64,000 nt of DNA, taken from the NCBI GenBank assembly GCA_965279515.1, contig CBDIID010000003.1, positions 3,712,001 through 3,776,000 on the forward strand. The letters are read 5' to 3'. Below are positions 1-9,890 of this stretch, piece after piece. Each line of letters begins with the position of its first letter. Position 1 is the first letter of the stretch. A model generated the notes under the pieces. That model saw only the letters and a program-made list of their open reading frames with translations, was not told where the DNA came from and ran no database searches. Origin of the DNA: Turneriella sp. (GTDB taxonomy: Bacteria; Spirochaetota; Leptospiria; Turneriellales; Turneriellaceae). Made by a program: the position numbers and the translations under genes.

Positions 1-2130
1 ACCAGCTATGGTGACCTCTCAAGTTTCGTCCAACAGCAAAGCCGCGCCGGAGGATTTATTCTTTCGATAGACGATGAAGAGTTTTCGTCGGATAATGCTG
101 GCGCCCCATCAGACGTAATAAAGCAGCTTGAAGATTTTGTAGCGGAGATACGTCTCAGAAACGCTGATATTCCTCTCTTTCTTTACGGTGAAACGCGGAC
201 GAGTCGGCATATTACAAATCCGATACTCAAAGAACTCCACGGCTTTATCCACATGTATGAGGATACTCCGGAGTTTGTTGCGCGTTACATCATTCGGGAG
301 ACAAACGCTTATCTCGAGAAACTACCGCCACCTTTCTTCAGAGCCTTAACACACTATGCCCATGATGGTTCGTATTCATGGCATTGCCCAGGGCACTCGG
401 GAGGCGTGGCGTTTCTCAAAAGTCCCGTTGGGCAGATGTTTCACCAGTTCTTCGGTGAAAATATGCTCCGTGCCGATGTTTGCAATGCCGTCGATGAACT
501 TGGTCAGTTACTCGATCATACAGGCCCAGTCGTTGCGAGCGAGGTGAACGCTGCCCGGATATTTCAATGCGATACGCTTTATTTTGTAACGAATGGCACT
601 TCTACTTCAAACAAAATTGTATGGCATTCGACGGTGGCTCCGGGAGACGTTGTCGTCGTTGATCGCAACTGCCATAAATCGGTCTTGCACGCCATAATCA
701 TGACGGGGGCGATCCCTGTTTTTCTAATGCCGACGCGCAACCATTACGGAATCATCGGCCCGATACCCCAATCGGAATTTCTCTGGGAAAATATACAGAA
801 GAAAATTCGCAATCACCCGTTTGCAAGTAGCGCAAAAGGAGCACCGCGCATATTGACGATTACCCAAAGTACCTACGATGGAGTCCTCTACAACGTCGAA
901 GATATTAAAGCGATGTTGGATGGTAAAATCAATACTTTGCATTTCGACGAAGCGTGGTTACCGCATGCGGCATTCCACGATTTTTATCGCGACATGCACG
1001 CTATCAGCAGTAAACGACCTCGCCCACGACAAAGCATGATTTATTCCACGCAATCTACGCATAAGATGCTTGCCGGTCTTTCACAGGCCAGCCAGATTTT
1101 AGTGCAGGATTCCGAAACGCAGAAATTAGACCGCGATCTGTTCAATGAATCTTTTCTGATGCACACCAGCACAAGTCCACAGTACGCTATTATCGCGAGT
1201 TGCGACGTCGCGGCGGCAATGATGGAAGCGCCGGGCGGGCCTGCACTTGTGGAAGAGTCAATAAAAGAAGCGCTGGATTTCCGCCGCGCAATGCGTAAGG
1301 TTGATGCGGATTGGGGCGACGATTGGTGGTTTCAAGTCTGGGGATCGGAAAACCTTGCCGAAGAAGGGCCTATCCGGCGCGAAGATTGGTTGCTTAAGGC
1401 AAACGAAGAGTGGCATGGTTTCGGCGACCTTGGAGCCGGATTCAACATGCTTGATCCGATCAAAGCCACCATCATTACTCCGGGGCTTAAGGTCGATGGC
1501 ACATTCGAGAGTTGGGGTGTGCCCGCGTTTATTCTAACCCGCTATCTCAGCGAACACGGGATCGTCGTTGAAAAAACCGGCCTCTACAGTTTTTTCATCA
1601 TGTTCACCATCGGCATAACCAAAGGACGCTGGAATACGATGGTAACCGAATTACAACAGTTTAAAGACGCTTACGATAATAACCAACCGTTATGGCGAGC
1701 CATGCCGAAATTCGTGAGTCAACATCCCCGTTATGATCGCATCGGTCTCAAAGATCTTTGTGAGCAGATGCACGAAGTGAACCGCGCCAATAACATTGCG
1801 CAGCTCACAACGCAGATGTACACATCGCATATGGAGCCAGTCATGCGCCCTTCAGAGGCATATGCCAAGATGGCTCACCGCGAAATCGAGCGCGTGCCGA
1901 TTGATAACTTGGAGGGCCGTGTGACAACTGCCTTGCTCACACCGTATCCTCCCGGCATTCCGTTACTCATTCCCGGTGAAAGGTTCAACAAAACAATTGT
2001 CGAGTATTTGCAATTCGCGCGTGAATTTAACGCGCGATTTCCGGGATTTCAGACCGATATTCACGGGCTTGTCGAAGAGCCGGATGAAAACGGTAAGATG
2101 GCTTACTTCGTTGACTGTGTGGCAACATGA
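1..2130 (+). CDS. PLP-dependent lysine/arginine/ornithine decarboxylase (Orn/Lys/Arg decarboxylase family), 5'-truncated by window edge
   Basis: Frame is open from base 1 (TSYGDLSSFVQQQSRA...). Motifs WHCPGHSGG, NGTSTSNK, DRNCHKS, HFDEAW, STHK (PLP lysine), PYPPGIP. Confidence 0.95.
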   Translation, partial: TSYGDLSSFVQQQSRAGGFILSIDDEEFSSDNAGAPSDVIKQLEDFVAEIRLRNADIPLFLYGETRTSRHITNPILKELHGFIHMYEDTPEFVARYIIRETNAYLEKLPPPFFRALTHYAHDGSYSWHCPGHSGGVAFLKSPVGQMFHQFFGENMLRADVCNAVDELGQLLDHTGPVVASEVNAARIFQCDTLYFVTNGTSTSNKIVWHSTVAPGDVVVVDRNCHKSVLHAIIMTGAIPVFLMPTRNHYGIIGPIPQSEFLWENIQKKIRNHPFASSAKGAPRILTITQSTYDGVLYNVEDIKAMLDGKINTLHFDEAWLPHAAFHDFYRDMHAISSKRPRPRQSMIYSTQSTHKMLAGLSQASQILVQDSETQKLDRDLFNESFLMHTSTSPQYAIIASCDVAAAMMEAPGGPALVEESIKEALDFRRAMRKVDADWGDDWWFQVWGSENLAEEGPIRREDWLLKANEEWHGFGDLGAGFNMLDPIKATIITPGLKVDGTFESWGVPAFILTRYLSEHGIVVEKTGLYSFFIMFTIGITKGRWNTMVTELQQFKDAYDNNQPLWRAMPKFVSQHPRYDRIGLKDLCEQMHEVNRANNIAQLTTQMYTSHMEPVMRPSEAYAKMAHREIERVPIDNLEGRVTTALLTPYPPGIPLLIPGERFNKTIVEYLQFAREFNARFPGFQTDIHGLVEEPDENGKMAYFVDCVAT

Positions 2131-2434
2131 AGGCAAGAAGAAATAGTGCTGACTTTCGGAGTCTTCAATCTGATTACACCAGCTTGGCTGTGATTTAGTT
2201 TTCTATTTTTTTGACGTCAAAGTCGTAAATAGGCAGTTTTTAAAATTCTCAGTTATCGTTGTTTCTCTTAGAGGAAAACTTTTTCTCGCAACCACCACTT
2301 TGCTCGCTCGCGCATCGCTCTGTCCCCGCCGCCGCACGGCGGGTTTTGCGACGAAAAATTTTTCAACTGCCCATGATCCGATTCTGCGCTTCTCACCGAT
2401 AACCACGCATCCCCCTCGTCTTTGGATTTCTGAT

Positions 2435-3532
2435 TCAGTTAAAAAGCACATTCGCCGGTAATACCGGTTTTTCCGAATCTACCACCAGGTCTTCCACCAG
2501 GTAAATCTTCATCGCCGCGGTTCTGCCACGCACGCGGCTGATCGAAAGTTTGCGACAGCGTACCTGATCGGCAATCAGCCCATGCGTGTTCTCATCGATG
2601 ATCAGGTCAAAACGTGTTTTTTTCGTCAGGCCTTCGAGGCGTGAAGCGATGTTGACGGTGTCGCCAATGACAGTGTAGTCCATGCGGCGGAACGAGCCGA
2701 TCGTGCCGGCAAAGACATTGCCCGTGGCGATGCCCATGCCAATGGCGATGGGTTCGCTCAGGTAATCGGGCAGCGCTTCATTGAAGTTCGCGATGGTTTC
2801 GCGGATTGCCAAAGCGCAGCGTACGGCGTTCAGGGCGTCGTCGCCGTAGGCGACGGGGCAACCGAATGTGGCAAGCAGGGCATCGCCGATGATTTTGTTC
2901 ACCGAGCCGTGGTGACTCAAGATCAGGTCCATGACGTCGGTATAGATGCGGTTCAGCAGTTTGGCAATGATGCGCGGCTCGTGGTTTTCGCTCAGCGTGG
3001 TGAAATTACGGATGTCGAGAAAGAAGATCGTGGCCTGCGTATGCTCCCCATACACTTCCTGATTATTCTGCTCGCTGAGAATTTTGCGCACAACGTCGTC
3101 GGAGAAAAACTGCGAAAGCTTCTGGATATCGCCATTCAGCGATTCGATCAGTTTTTGCGAGTGGCGCAGGGCGAAATGTACGCGCAATTTTTCGCGGATT
3201 TCACGCGTAATAAATGGCGGCCGCAGGAATTCGTTCACACCATCGTCGAGTGCGAGAGCTTTCTGGCTTTCTGAACTGCGTTCAAAGTAGGCGAGCACGG
3301 GCAACTTGCCGAACACACCGTGTTTACGGATTTTTTCGAGCACCTGCGATTCTTCATGGTCATAGGAGTCACTTTGCAGGAAAATGACGCCGGGTACTTC
3401 GGCAACCAGCTCGGGGTCGAAGGTGTCGAAGGTGCAGATTTGCACGCTATACTCTTCACCTATCGCATCGCGAATCGCGACGAGGCGAAATTTATTCTTC
3501 ACGAGGATCAATAACTTGTTTTCTTGCAGCAT
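2435..3532 (-). CDS. Class III adenylate/guanylate cyclase with degenerate N-terminal receiver-like domain
   Basis: FLDIRNFT, KIIGDALL, GIATG and YTVIGDTVNIASRLE cyclase motifs. Confidence 0.9.
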   Translation of the reverse strand: MLQENKLLILVKNKFRLVAIRDAIGEEYSVQICTFDTFDPELVAEVPGVIFLQSDSYDHEESQVLEKIRKHGVFGKLPVLAYFERSSESQKALALDDGVNEFLRPPFITREIREKLRVHFALRHSQKLIESLNGDIQKLSQFFSDDVVRKILSEQNNQEVYGEHTQATIFFLDIRNFTTLSENHEPRIIAKLLNRIYTDVMDLILSHHGSVNKIIGDALLATFGCPVAYGDDALNAVRCALAIRETIANFNEALPDYLSEPIAIGMGIATGNVFAGTIGSFRRMDYTVIGDTVNIASRLEGLTKKTRFDLIIDENTHGLIADQVRCRKLSISRVRGRTAAMKIYLVEDLVVDSEKPVLPANVLFN

Positions 3533-3541
3533 ATTTTCTCC

Positions 3542-4750
3542 TTATAAAACCGGCAAGCGGACACGGATAATCAGTTTTTGCGATTTCTCTTCGTCTGCAT
3601 CCTGACGGCGCACGTCGAGCGTGCCGCCCATCTGGCGTATCCTGAACTCGCTGATCGTGAGGCCAAGCCCCAGGCCATAATTCAGCCGGTAACGGTCATC
3701 GATGGTGTTGCTCAGGCGGATAAACGGTTTTTTAAGGTTTGCGGCGTCCGCTTCGCTGGGGATTTTCGCCATGAGATTTTCCGCGCGCAGCTCAAAATAA
3801 CCTCCCTGGCGTCCGGCGGCAAGGTGGATGGCACTTCCTTCCGGAGAATATTTGAGGGCGTTGAGAATGATCTCCTGCACGACCTGGGAGAAAATCTCTG
3901 CGCTGGCAGAAACATTGTAGTCGCCGCCGTCGAAATCCGCGGCGATAAAATGACTGCGGATCTGCGCTTCGTCCTGCACAGAAACAAGCACCTGCTGTAT
4001 TGCGGCGATCAAGGCTTCGCCGGATTTAACTTCCGCGGAAATTCCATTCGTCAGCGCCTGCAAAGCACGCTCAAGATTTTCGAGCCATTGGCGCGAGGCG
4101 CCGACATTTTGTGCGATGGCGCCGAAGGTATCTTCGGAGATTACAATTTTGCCTTCTTGCCGTTCGGCAGTGGCTTCGAGCAGCTCGAAATAAGTGATGA
4201 GCGAACCAATGCCGAGGCCCTGCGAAGAGGAGTGCAGTACCTGGCGCAAGACTTCGCGCGTCAGCTGCAGCGATTTTTCCGTTTCCGATTCCGAACGGCG
4301 TCCCGAAATCCATTCGAGAATTGGTGTTTCCGATGCATTGGGATGCCGGCCTGGCGTACCGCTATGCGGCGCCGAACTCAGCACACTGCGCAGCCGCCGG
4401 CAGAGCTCAGAGAGCGGCATATCGACGGGTAAAAATTCCACGGGCCGGTACTGCCTGATAAAAAGCGCTCCTTCTTCTTCAGGGGGATTTCCCAAAACCA
4501 GCACGGGTGTATTCGGGTGCTGCAGGCGTATCGCCGCCAGCAGGCGTGGGAGTTTCATGAGGCCGAAACCTTCGACGACAACAATTGCCGCAAAGGAAGT
4601 GCCGATCAGTTGCTCGAGCGCATCGCCGGCGCCGGTGGCAATATAGAGTCCCGCGCCGATGGCGTCTTCAATTCCACGGTAGTCGGCGGAGCTCAGCGAC
4701 CTTCCCGTCAGGAACAGAACGCGGTCGGTTTCAACGGCGGTCATGATCAT
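3542..4750 (-). CDS. Sensor histidine kinase-like protein (receiver-like N-terminus, HATPase C-terminus)
   Basis: N-box EIILNALKYS, F-box KPFIRL, G2 GLGLGL. Confidence 0.75.
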   Translation of the reverse strand: MIMTAVETDRVLFLTGRSLSSADYRGIEDAIGAGLYIATGAGDALEQLIGTSFAAIVVVEGFGLMKLPRLLAAIRLQHPNTPVLVLGNPPEEEGALFIRQYRPVEFLPVDMPLSELCRRLRSVLSSAPHSGTPGRHPNASETPILEWISGRRSESETEKSLQLTREVLRQVLHSSSQGLGIGSLITYFELLEATAERQEGKIVISEDTFGAIAQNVGASRQWLENLERALQALTNGISAEVKSGEALIAAIQQVLVSVQDEAQIRSHFIAADFDGGDYNVSASAEIFSQVVQEIILNALKYSPEGSAIHLAAGRQGGYFELRAENLMAKIPSEADAANLKKPFIRLSNTIDDRYRLNYGLGLGLTISEFRIRQMGGTLDVRRQDADEEKSQKLIIRVRLPVL

Positions 4751-4947
4751 ACAATCTGCCCGACGATGTCGAGCAGCTGCGCCGGGCGGAAGGGTTTGAT
4801 GATCCAGCCGTTGGCGCCCGCGGTCGCTCCCTGAGCGCGGATTTGTTTTTCGTTTTCGGAGGTCAGTGCGAGAATCGGTATGTTTTGATCCTGGCGCACC
4901 AGGTGCTGTATTGTTTCCGAATCGTCGACTGCCAGTATTCTTGCCAT
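4747..4947 (-). pseudogene. CheY-like response regulator with in-frame internal deletion
   Basis: The N-terminus ILAVDDS joins directly to the C-terminal IPILALTS...GANGWIIKPF. The central segment with the phospho-acceptor Asp is missing (66 aa instead of ~120). Confidence 0.7.
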
Positions 4948-5259
4948 TGGAATCCCCCCGAAATGTGATGGTTATGTATAACCCAAACCGGGGTAGATTG
5001 CAATATGTTCTTACCGCAAAATGCTAAGTACTTTTACAGATATCAGGTGAAACGGGAGATGTAAATGCTGCCATTGCTGGCAGCTTCGACGTAATCGGCG
5101 ACCGTGACGAATGTGGCATGGCAATCTTTGCTGCTCAAGGTGCGCAGGATTTCAAAATTATTCCGCGTTGTCGTTTCATAGTCGGGAAACACAATTTCCG
5201 CTTGGTAGTGTTTCAGCTTGTCGAGCGGACCAAAAAATCAGCGACTTGTCATTGATGCA

Positions 5260-5278
5260 AATGAGAATCATTATCAAT
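5260..5278. promoter_or_regulatory. Fur-box-like palindrome
   Basis: AATGAGAA-TCA-TTATCAAT closely resembles the classical Fur box and lies upstream of the small ORF at 5316. Confidence 0.65.
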
Positions 5279-5315
5279 TTGATTGACGGCGCATAGCCCC
5301 TGGTCCCTATGCGCT

Positions 5316-5540
5316 ATGGAAAACCACAGCCAACATCCATCCTGCGGGGAGCTTCTCGCGCACGGCAAAGTCGCGCGCGCCGATGCATTTCCCTGCGGGC
5401 ATGTCGTTCTGACCTTTGAAAATTTTAAGATCGGCTTTGCCGGCGAAGATTTCCGCGATTTTGTACACACCGTCTCCCTCGCCTTCGGCAACCTGAAGAA
5501 CCGCGAAATCGAACGGGCCGAATGGGGCCTGTTTATGTAG
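5316..5540 (+). CDS. Small hypothetical His/Cys-containing protein, probably metal-regulated
   Basis: 74-aa ORF (MENHSQHPSC...CGH) directly after a Fur-like box. Confidence 0.55.
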   Translation: MENHSQHPSCGELLAHGKVARADAFPCGHVVLTFENFKIGFAGEDFRDFVHTVSLAFGNLKNREIERAEWGLFM

Positions 5541-6446
5541 CTAGTCTTCGAAAGCGCGGTCTGTGCGCAGCGCGGCGATATTGGCGTCGGTCAGAATTGT
5601 GCCGGTGCGGCCGGTTTCGATTTTCTGGATGCGCAGTTTCTGGGCAAACGCCGCGAAACGAAAATTACCGGCACTGTGATGGGCTAACAGCGCCGTGCGT
5701 TCATCGGCATAGTCACAGCGGTCGGTGACGAGGCTCTGCACACCTTCGGGCTCGCCAGGCAAAGTGGGATTAAAAACGATAAGGCGGTTTCCATCCGTAT
5801 TGTGTATTTTACGGATATCCCAGACCGGCGAAAATACCGAGCGGTAGGTGGCGTTTTCGTGCGCTGTGAGGTTCTTCAGCACCCAGGTATTGGCAATGAG
5901 CACGCCATTCGTCTTCAGGCGTTGTTTCACCATCTCTAAGAACTCCTGCGTCATGAGCTCTGCGGGAATATAGACCTTATCGAAGGCATCGAGAAAAATG
6001 ATATCGAAGGTACCGCTGTGCTCAGAGATGAAAGATCGGCCGCCGGTGGTATGCACAACGACGCGGTGGTCCAGGTCGAAGTGCTGGCGCGCGAGTTCGA
6101 CGACCTTGTGGTTGGGCTCGACGACTTCAATTGCCAGGCTGGGAAATTGTTTCAGGAGGAATTTGCAGATCACGCCGCCACCGAGGCCGATGATCAGGGC
6201 CTTGCCCTTTTGTTTCGGAATATAACCGCTCCAGGTGAGGCTGGCCACTGCGGCCATCTGCAGGTATGACTGCACCATGAAGTCGGGTTTATCGCGCCGC
6301 CACACGGACTGCTCGCGCCCGCCCTGGATCATTTTCACGACGCCGTTGTCAGATTCTATTTTCAATGGTAAGGTATGGAACGGTATCAGAGCGGGCCGAT
6401 AAAGTAAAATCGGGATTTCCGTATCTAACGAAAATGATATCCCCAA
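5541..6446 (-). CDS. Spermidine-synthase-like class I SAM-dependent methyltransferase
   Basis: LIIGLGGG, VEVVE-like and FDIIFLDAF motifs. Confidence 0.8.
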   Translation of the reverse strand: MGISFSLDTEIPILLYRPALIPFHTLPLKIESDNGVVKMIQGGREQSVWRRDKPDFMVQSYLQMAAVASLTWSGYIPKQKGKALIIGLGGGVICKFLLKQFPSLAIEVVEPNHKVVELARQHFDLDHRVVVHTTGGRSFISEHSGTFDIIFLDAFDKVYIPAELMTQEFLEMVKQRLKTNGVLIANTWVLKNLTAHENATYRSVFSPVWDIRKIHNTDGNRLIVFNPTLPGEPEGVQSLVTDRCDYADERTALLAHHSAGNFRFAAFAQKLRIQKIETGRTGTILTDANIAALRTDRAFED

Positions 6447-7027
6447 CGCAGGGCGAGTGTCGGGTTAGCTTTAATGTTAAGAAAGCTGACTCCTGTGTCG
6501 CCTTTGGCGGATTCAAAATTACTGCTCCGACCGATTCCTGTCGAATAGGCTGCTTCAAAGCCGAATGTAAAACCGTCGTAGGCAACCAGTTCCATTCCCG
6601 CTGCAAAATACCCGGAAATACCGACAACGTTAAAAGATTCGCTGTATTGGTTTGCGCCGTTGTAAAAGCTGACATCACCGCCATAGACCGGAATGCGCAG
6701 CATTGCCGCGACATAGGGAGACCAACGTTGTCGCGGTTGATGTCCCAAAATCGCATAACGGATTCCCGCGTGCGGCATGACGAGATACTTTGAGTTTTCG
6801 AAGACAGCGCCATAGGCAGAACCGCCGCATTCAATATTGAAATTGGGGGTAAGATAATAATCTGCCGCCAGCGTATAAATATGCCCGGGGCCTCCCAGGC
6901 TGCCGCTGATGCCGAATTTGCGTTCCGCCCGGCTTGGGTTATTCGCGACGTCGGCAACGTCATTTTCAGCGTAGGCGGCGAAAGACCAAAGGATCAGCGT
7001 ACATAGATAGGCATTACGATATCGCAT
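6425..7027 (-). CDS. Small outer-membrane beta-barrel protein
   Basis: Signal peptide, alternating beta-strand pattern, C-terminal LRWGYHF. Confidence 0.6.
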   Translation of the reverse strand: MRYRNAYLCTLILWSFAAYAENDVADVANNPSRAERKFGISGSLGGPGHIYTLAADYYLTPNFNIECGGSAYGAVFENSKYLVMPHAGIRYAILGHQPRQRWSPYVAAMLRIPVYGGDVSFYNGANQYSESFNVVGISGYFAAGMELVAYDGFTFGFEAAYSTGIGRSSNFESAKGDTGVSFLNIKANPTLALRWGYHFR

Positions 7028-7143
7028 AGCAAAGTTATAAATGCTATTTCATGCTTTCAAGCGTTTGTCGGCCGTTCCTTCAGCCTGGTTTCGCCCGCAG
7101 AAAAAAATGGCATTTCACGAACTGCGATTTCGTACAGCGAAAC

Positions 7144-7467
7144 ATGCTTCAGGAATTGGAATGGGTTTCCCTTGAAATTGCATATACCCCACAGGGCGTG
7201 GTCGCTAAATTGACCGGCGTGCTATCGCTCACTACTTCCGCTGATTTGAAACATAAGGTTCTGGAGTTGTTAGCAGAGGGAGTAAAATCCGTTTCCCTGG
7301 AAATTTCCGAAATAAGGCATATCGATTCTGTGGGCCTGGCGACCCTCATTGTTCTGGCGCGCAATTGCGCAGAACGCGGGGTCGCGTTCAGCCTGCTTAG
7401 GCCCGCCGAGATACAAGATCGGCTTCTGCGATCCACCGGGCTTGCAAAATATCTAAACGTTCCATAA
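7144..7467 (+). CDS. STAS-domain anti-sigma-factor antagonist
   Basis: IRHIDSVGLATL STAS motif. Confidence 0.85.
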   Translation: MLQELEWVSLEIAYTPQGVVAKLTGVLSLTTSADLKHKVLELLAEGVKSVSLEISEIRHIDSVGLATLIVLARNCAERGVAFSLLRPAEIQDRLLRSTGLAKYLNVP

Positions 7468-7531
7468 GCATAATGCAGCAGCGCCGATGAGCGCCCAGGT
7501 GCAGACCAGTACGGAGAGGGTTTTTTGCTTG

Positions 7532-7553
7532 TAATGATAATGATTTATCATTA
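7532..7553. promoter_or_regulatory. Fur-family (Zur-like) operator
   Basis: Perfect-arm palindrome TAATGATAA-TGAT-TTATCATTA upstream of the COG0523 gene. Confidence 0.75.
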
Positions 7554-7590
7554 TTGATTTACACGGCGACGGCACTCCTGGTGCTGGGCC

Positions 7591-8802
7591 ATGGCAGAAG
7601 GCAAACTCCCCGTTACCGTTATTTCCGGCTTTTTAGGGGCAGGCAAAACCACCCTGCTCAATCACTTATTAGCTAATAAAGACGGCAGGCGGATTGCCGT
7701 CATCGTGAACGATATGTCCGAAGTGAATATCGACGCCGCAATCGTCGAGCAGGGCGGCTTTAAACGCACCGAAGAGAAACTCGTCGAAATGTCGAATGGC
7801 TGCATCTGCTGCACACTGCGCGAAGACCTATTACTCGAAGTCTCGAAGCTCGCGAAAGAGGGCCGCTTTGACAACATTGTCATCGAATCGACAGGCATCT
7901 CTGAACCGCTGCCGGTTGCCGAAACCTTCACTTTCGCTGATGAGAATGGCGTGAGTTTGGGCGACGTCGCTGAGCTCGACACCATGGTCACGGTCGTCGA
8001 CGCCGTAAATTTTCTCGCCGACTGGAACAGTTATGATTCGCTCAAAGACCGCGCCATGGAACTCGGCGAAGAGGATGAGCGTGACATCGTGAACCTTCTG
8101 GTCGAGCAAATCGAGTTCGCGAATGTCATTTTGCTCAATAAGGTGGATTTAGTCAGTGCCGACGATAAGAAAACGATCTACGGTATTTTGCTCCGCCTGA
8201 ACCCCACAGCAGAGATCATCGAAACCGAAAAATCGCGCGCGCCGCTGGCAAAGGTTTTGTCGACGAAAAAATTCTCTTTCGAAGAAGCGGCGCAGAACCC
8301 CGGCTGGCTCAAGGAATTGCGCGGTGAACATACCCCCGAGACTGAAGAGTATGGCATCACGAGCTTTGTCTACCGCGCGCGCATGCCGTTTCACCCGCAG
8401 CGCCTCCATGATTACCTGAGTGACGGCTTTGAGAACGTTGTGCGCTCGAAGGGTTACTTCTTCATCGCAACGCGCCCTGAAGTCGCATGGCTGTGGTCGC
8501 ATGCGGGTAAATTGTCGAATATCGAACGCGCCGGGTATTGGTATCGCGCGCTCGATAAGTCACATTGGCCGACCGACCCGGCAGCGCTCAAGGCGATTGC
8601 AAAGAACTGGCAAGAGCCGTGGGGCGACGCCCGGCAAGAAATCGTCATCATCGGCCGCGGCATGGATCAGGCCGCAATCACGCGCGCGCTCAATGCCTGC
8701 CTGCTCAGCGAAGCAGAGTTTGCAGGGCTCGACGATGCGACGATCAGGGCGATGCCCGATCCTTTTCCGGCCGATGAAGTTAAAGATGAAAATGAAGAAT
8801 AA
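7591..8802 (+). CDS. COG0523 / CobW-family zinc metallochaperone GTPase (ZigA/YciC-like)
   Basis: [31 protein letters not shown] and a CobW_C region (RSKG...WGDARQEIV). Confidence 0.95.
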   Translation: MAEGKLPVTVISGFLGAGKTTLLNHLLANKDGRRIAVIVNDMSEVNIDAAIVEQGGFKRTEEKLVEMSNGCICCTLREDLLLEVSKLAKEGRFDNIVIESTGISEPLPVAETFTFADENGVSLGDVAELDTMVTVVDAVNFLADWNSYDSLKDRAMELGEEDERDIVNLLVEQIEFANVILLNKVDLVSADDKKTIYGILLRLNPTAEIIETEKSRAPLAKVLSTKKFSFEEAAQNPGWLKELRGEHTPETEEYGITSFVYRARMPFHPQRLHDYLSDGFENVVRSKGYFFIATRPEVAWLWSHAGKLSNIERAGYWYRALDKSHWPTDPAALKAIAKNWQEPWGDARQEIVIIGRGMDQAAITRALNACLLSEAEFAGLDDATIRAMPDPFPADEVKDENEE

Positions 8803-8812
8803 GGAGTTCACG

Positions 8813-9244
8813 ATGAAAATACTGGTATCCCTGTTTTTGGCAATCGCGCTGGCGGCTTGCGGCGAAAAATTCCATGAAAAGCTGAAAGCCGACCACGCGC
8901 GCCTCGAAGCCGAGCACAAACAAATGGAAGAGGCGCACCTCAAGATGGCAGTCGAGCACGACGAACTCGAAAAGGGCCATGCCGCTCATGCAGGCAAAAG
9001 CAAGAAGCACGACAAAGAAGAAACGGAGCATAAAGAGCTCGAAAAAAAACACCAGGCGCTGCTGAAGCGGCACTCAGAGCTTGTTGCGGCGCATACCGAA
9101 CTGGAAAAACGCCATGAAAGCGGTAAAGATCCCGCGCAGGCAGAATTAGAGCACAAGGGCATGATGTCAGAACACGAACAGATGCGCAAGGACCATGAGC
9201 AAATGGTTGCCGACCATAAACGAATCTCAGACCAGCATAAATAA
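8813..9244 (+). CDS. Histidine-rich coiled-coil lipoprotein
   Basis: RBS AAGGAG, lipobox LAAC, His recurring roughly every 7 residues in a helical E/K/H-rich sequence. Confidence 0.8.
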   Translation: MKILVSLFLAIALAACGEKFHEKLKADHARLEAEHKQMEEAHLKMAVEHDELEKGHAAHAGKSKKHDKEETEHKELEKKHQALLKRHSELVAAHTELEKRHESGKDPAQAELEHKGMMSEHEQMRKDHEQMVADHKRISDQHK

Positions 9245-9253
9245 GCAGCTCTG

Positions 9254-9550
9254 ATGCGTATTTGCTCATGGCTGGTGGCCTGTGCGATAATTTTGGCGGC
9301 GTTCCATGCCGGTCAAAGCATCATGGCCTGCGACGGCGAATGGCACCGAAACGGCGAGCTACCCGATTGGCCGAATATTTCTTTTTCCGAAAGCAATTAT
9401 CCCGACATCGAAATACCCGAGCGCAAGCGCCCGCGGCGCCGCAAAAAACAGAAACCTATTAAGGCCAATAAGCGCGAAAAACCTAATCTTGTATTAGAGC
9501 ACGACTATATCGAAGACGAGGGCTTTCTGAAGGGTTCGACGAAGCCTTAG
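9254..9550 (+). CDS. Hypothetical secreted protein
   Basis: 98-aa ORF with signal-like N-terminus, co-directional in the operon. Confidence 0.5.
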   Translation: MRICSWLVACAIILAAFHAGQSIMACDGEWHRNGELPDWPNISFSESNYPDIEIPERKRPRRRKKQKPIKANKREKPNLVLEHDYIEDEGFLKGSTKP

Positions 9551-9647
9551 TTTATTAACTGATACCTGCGCGAAGTATACAGTCACGGCTGGCTTTGCGC
9601 AAAGAAATCTTTGTATGTAAAAAAACAGATTCAGAGGAGAAGAAAAT

Positions 9648-9764
9648 ATGAGTAAATTTTTCGCAATCGCAGCAACGGTGGTTTTTGTGAGCGCCTGCGC
9701 TGGCAAGTTTCATGAAAAGCTGCATGCAGACCACGAAAAGCTTGAAGCCGATCACAAGCAGTAG
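9648..9764 (+). pseudogene. Truncated paralogue or mini-version of the His-rich lipoprotein
   Basis: RBS GAGGAG. MSKFFAIAATVVFVSACAGKFHEKLHADHEKLEADHKQ* matches ACGEKFHEKLKADHARLEAEHKQ of 8813-9244. Confidence 0.65.
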
Positions 9765-9890
9765 GGCATGCGCAGTCCCTGACGCGGTGGAAAAGACTTC
9801 TCGTTAGCATGGGCGTCTCCTCGGGAAATATCAGGATGCGTGCCTATTGGGCGGATGGCAAGCGCGGATTGTAAAAGTTCAGAATGCAGA

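Noticed and set aside
3578..4432. 284-aa plus-strand ORF
   Set aside because: Antisense shadow of the histidine kinase-like gene with no recognisable motifs.
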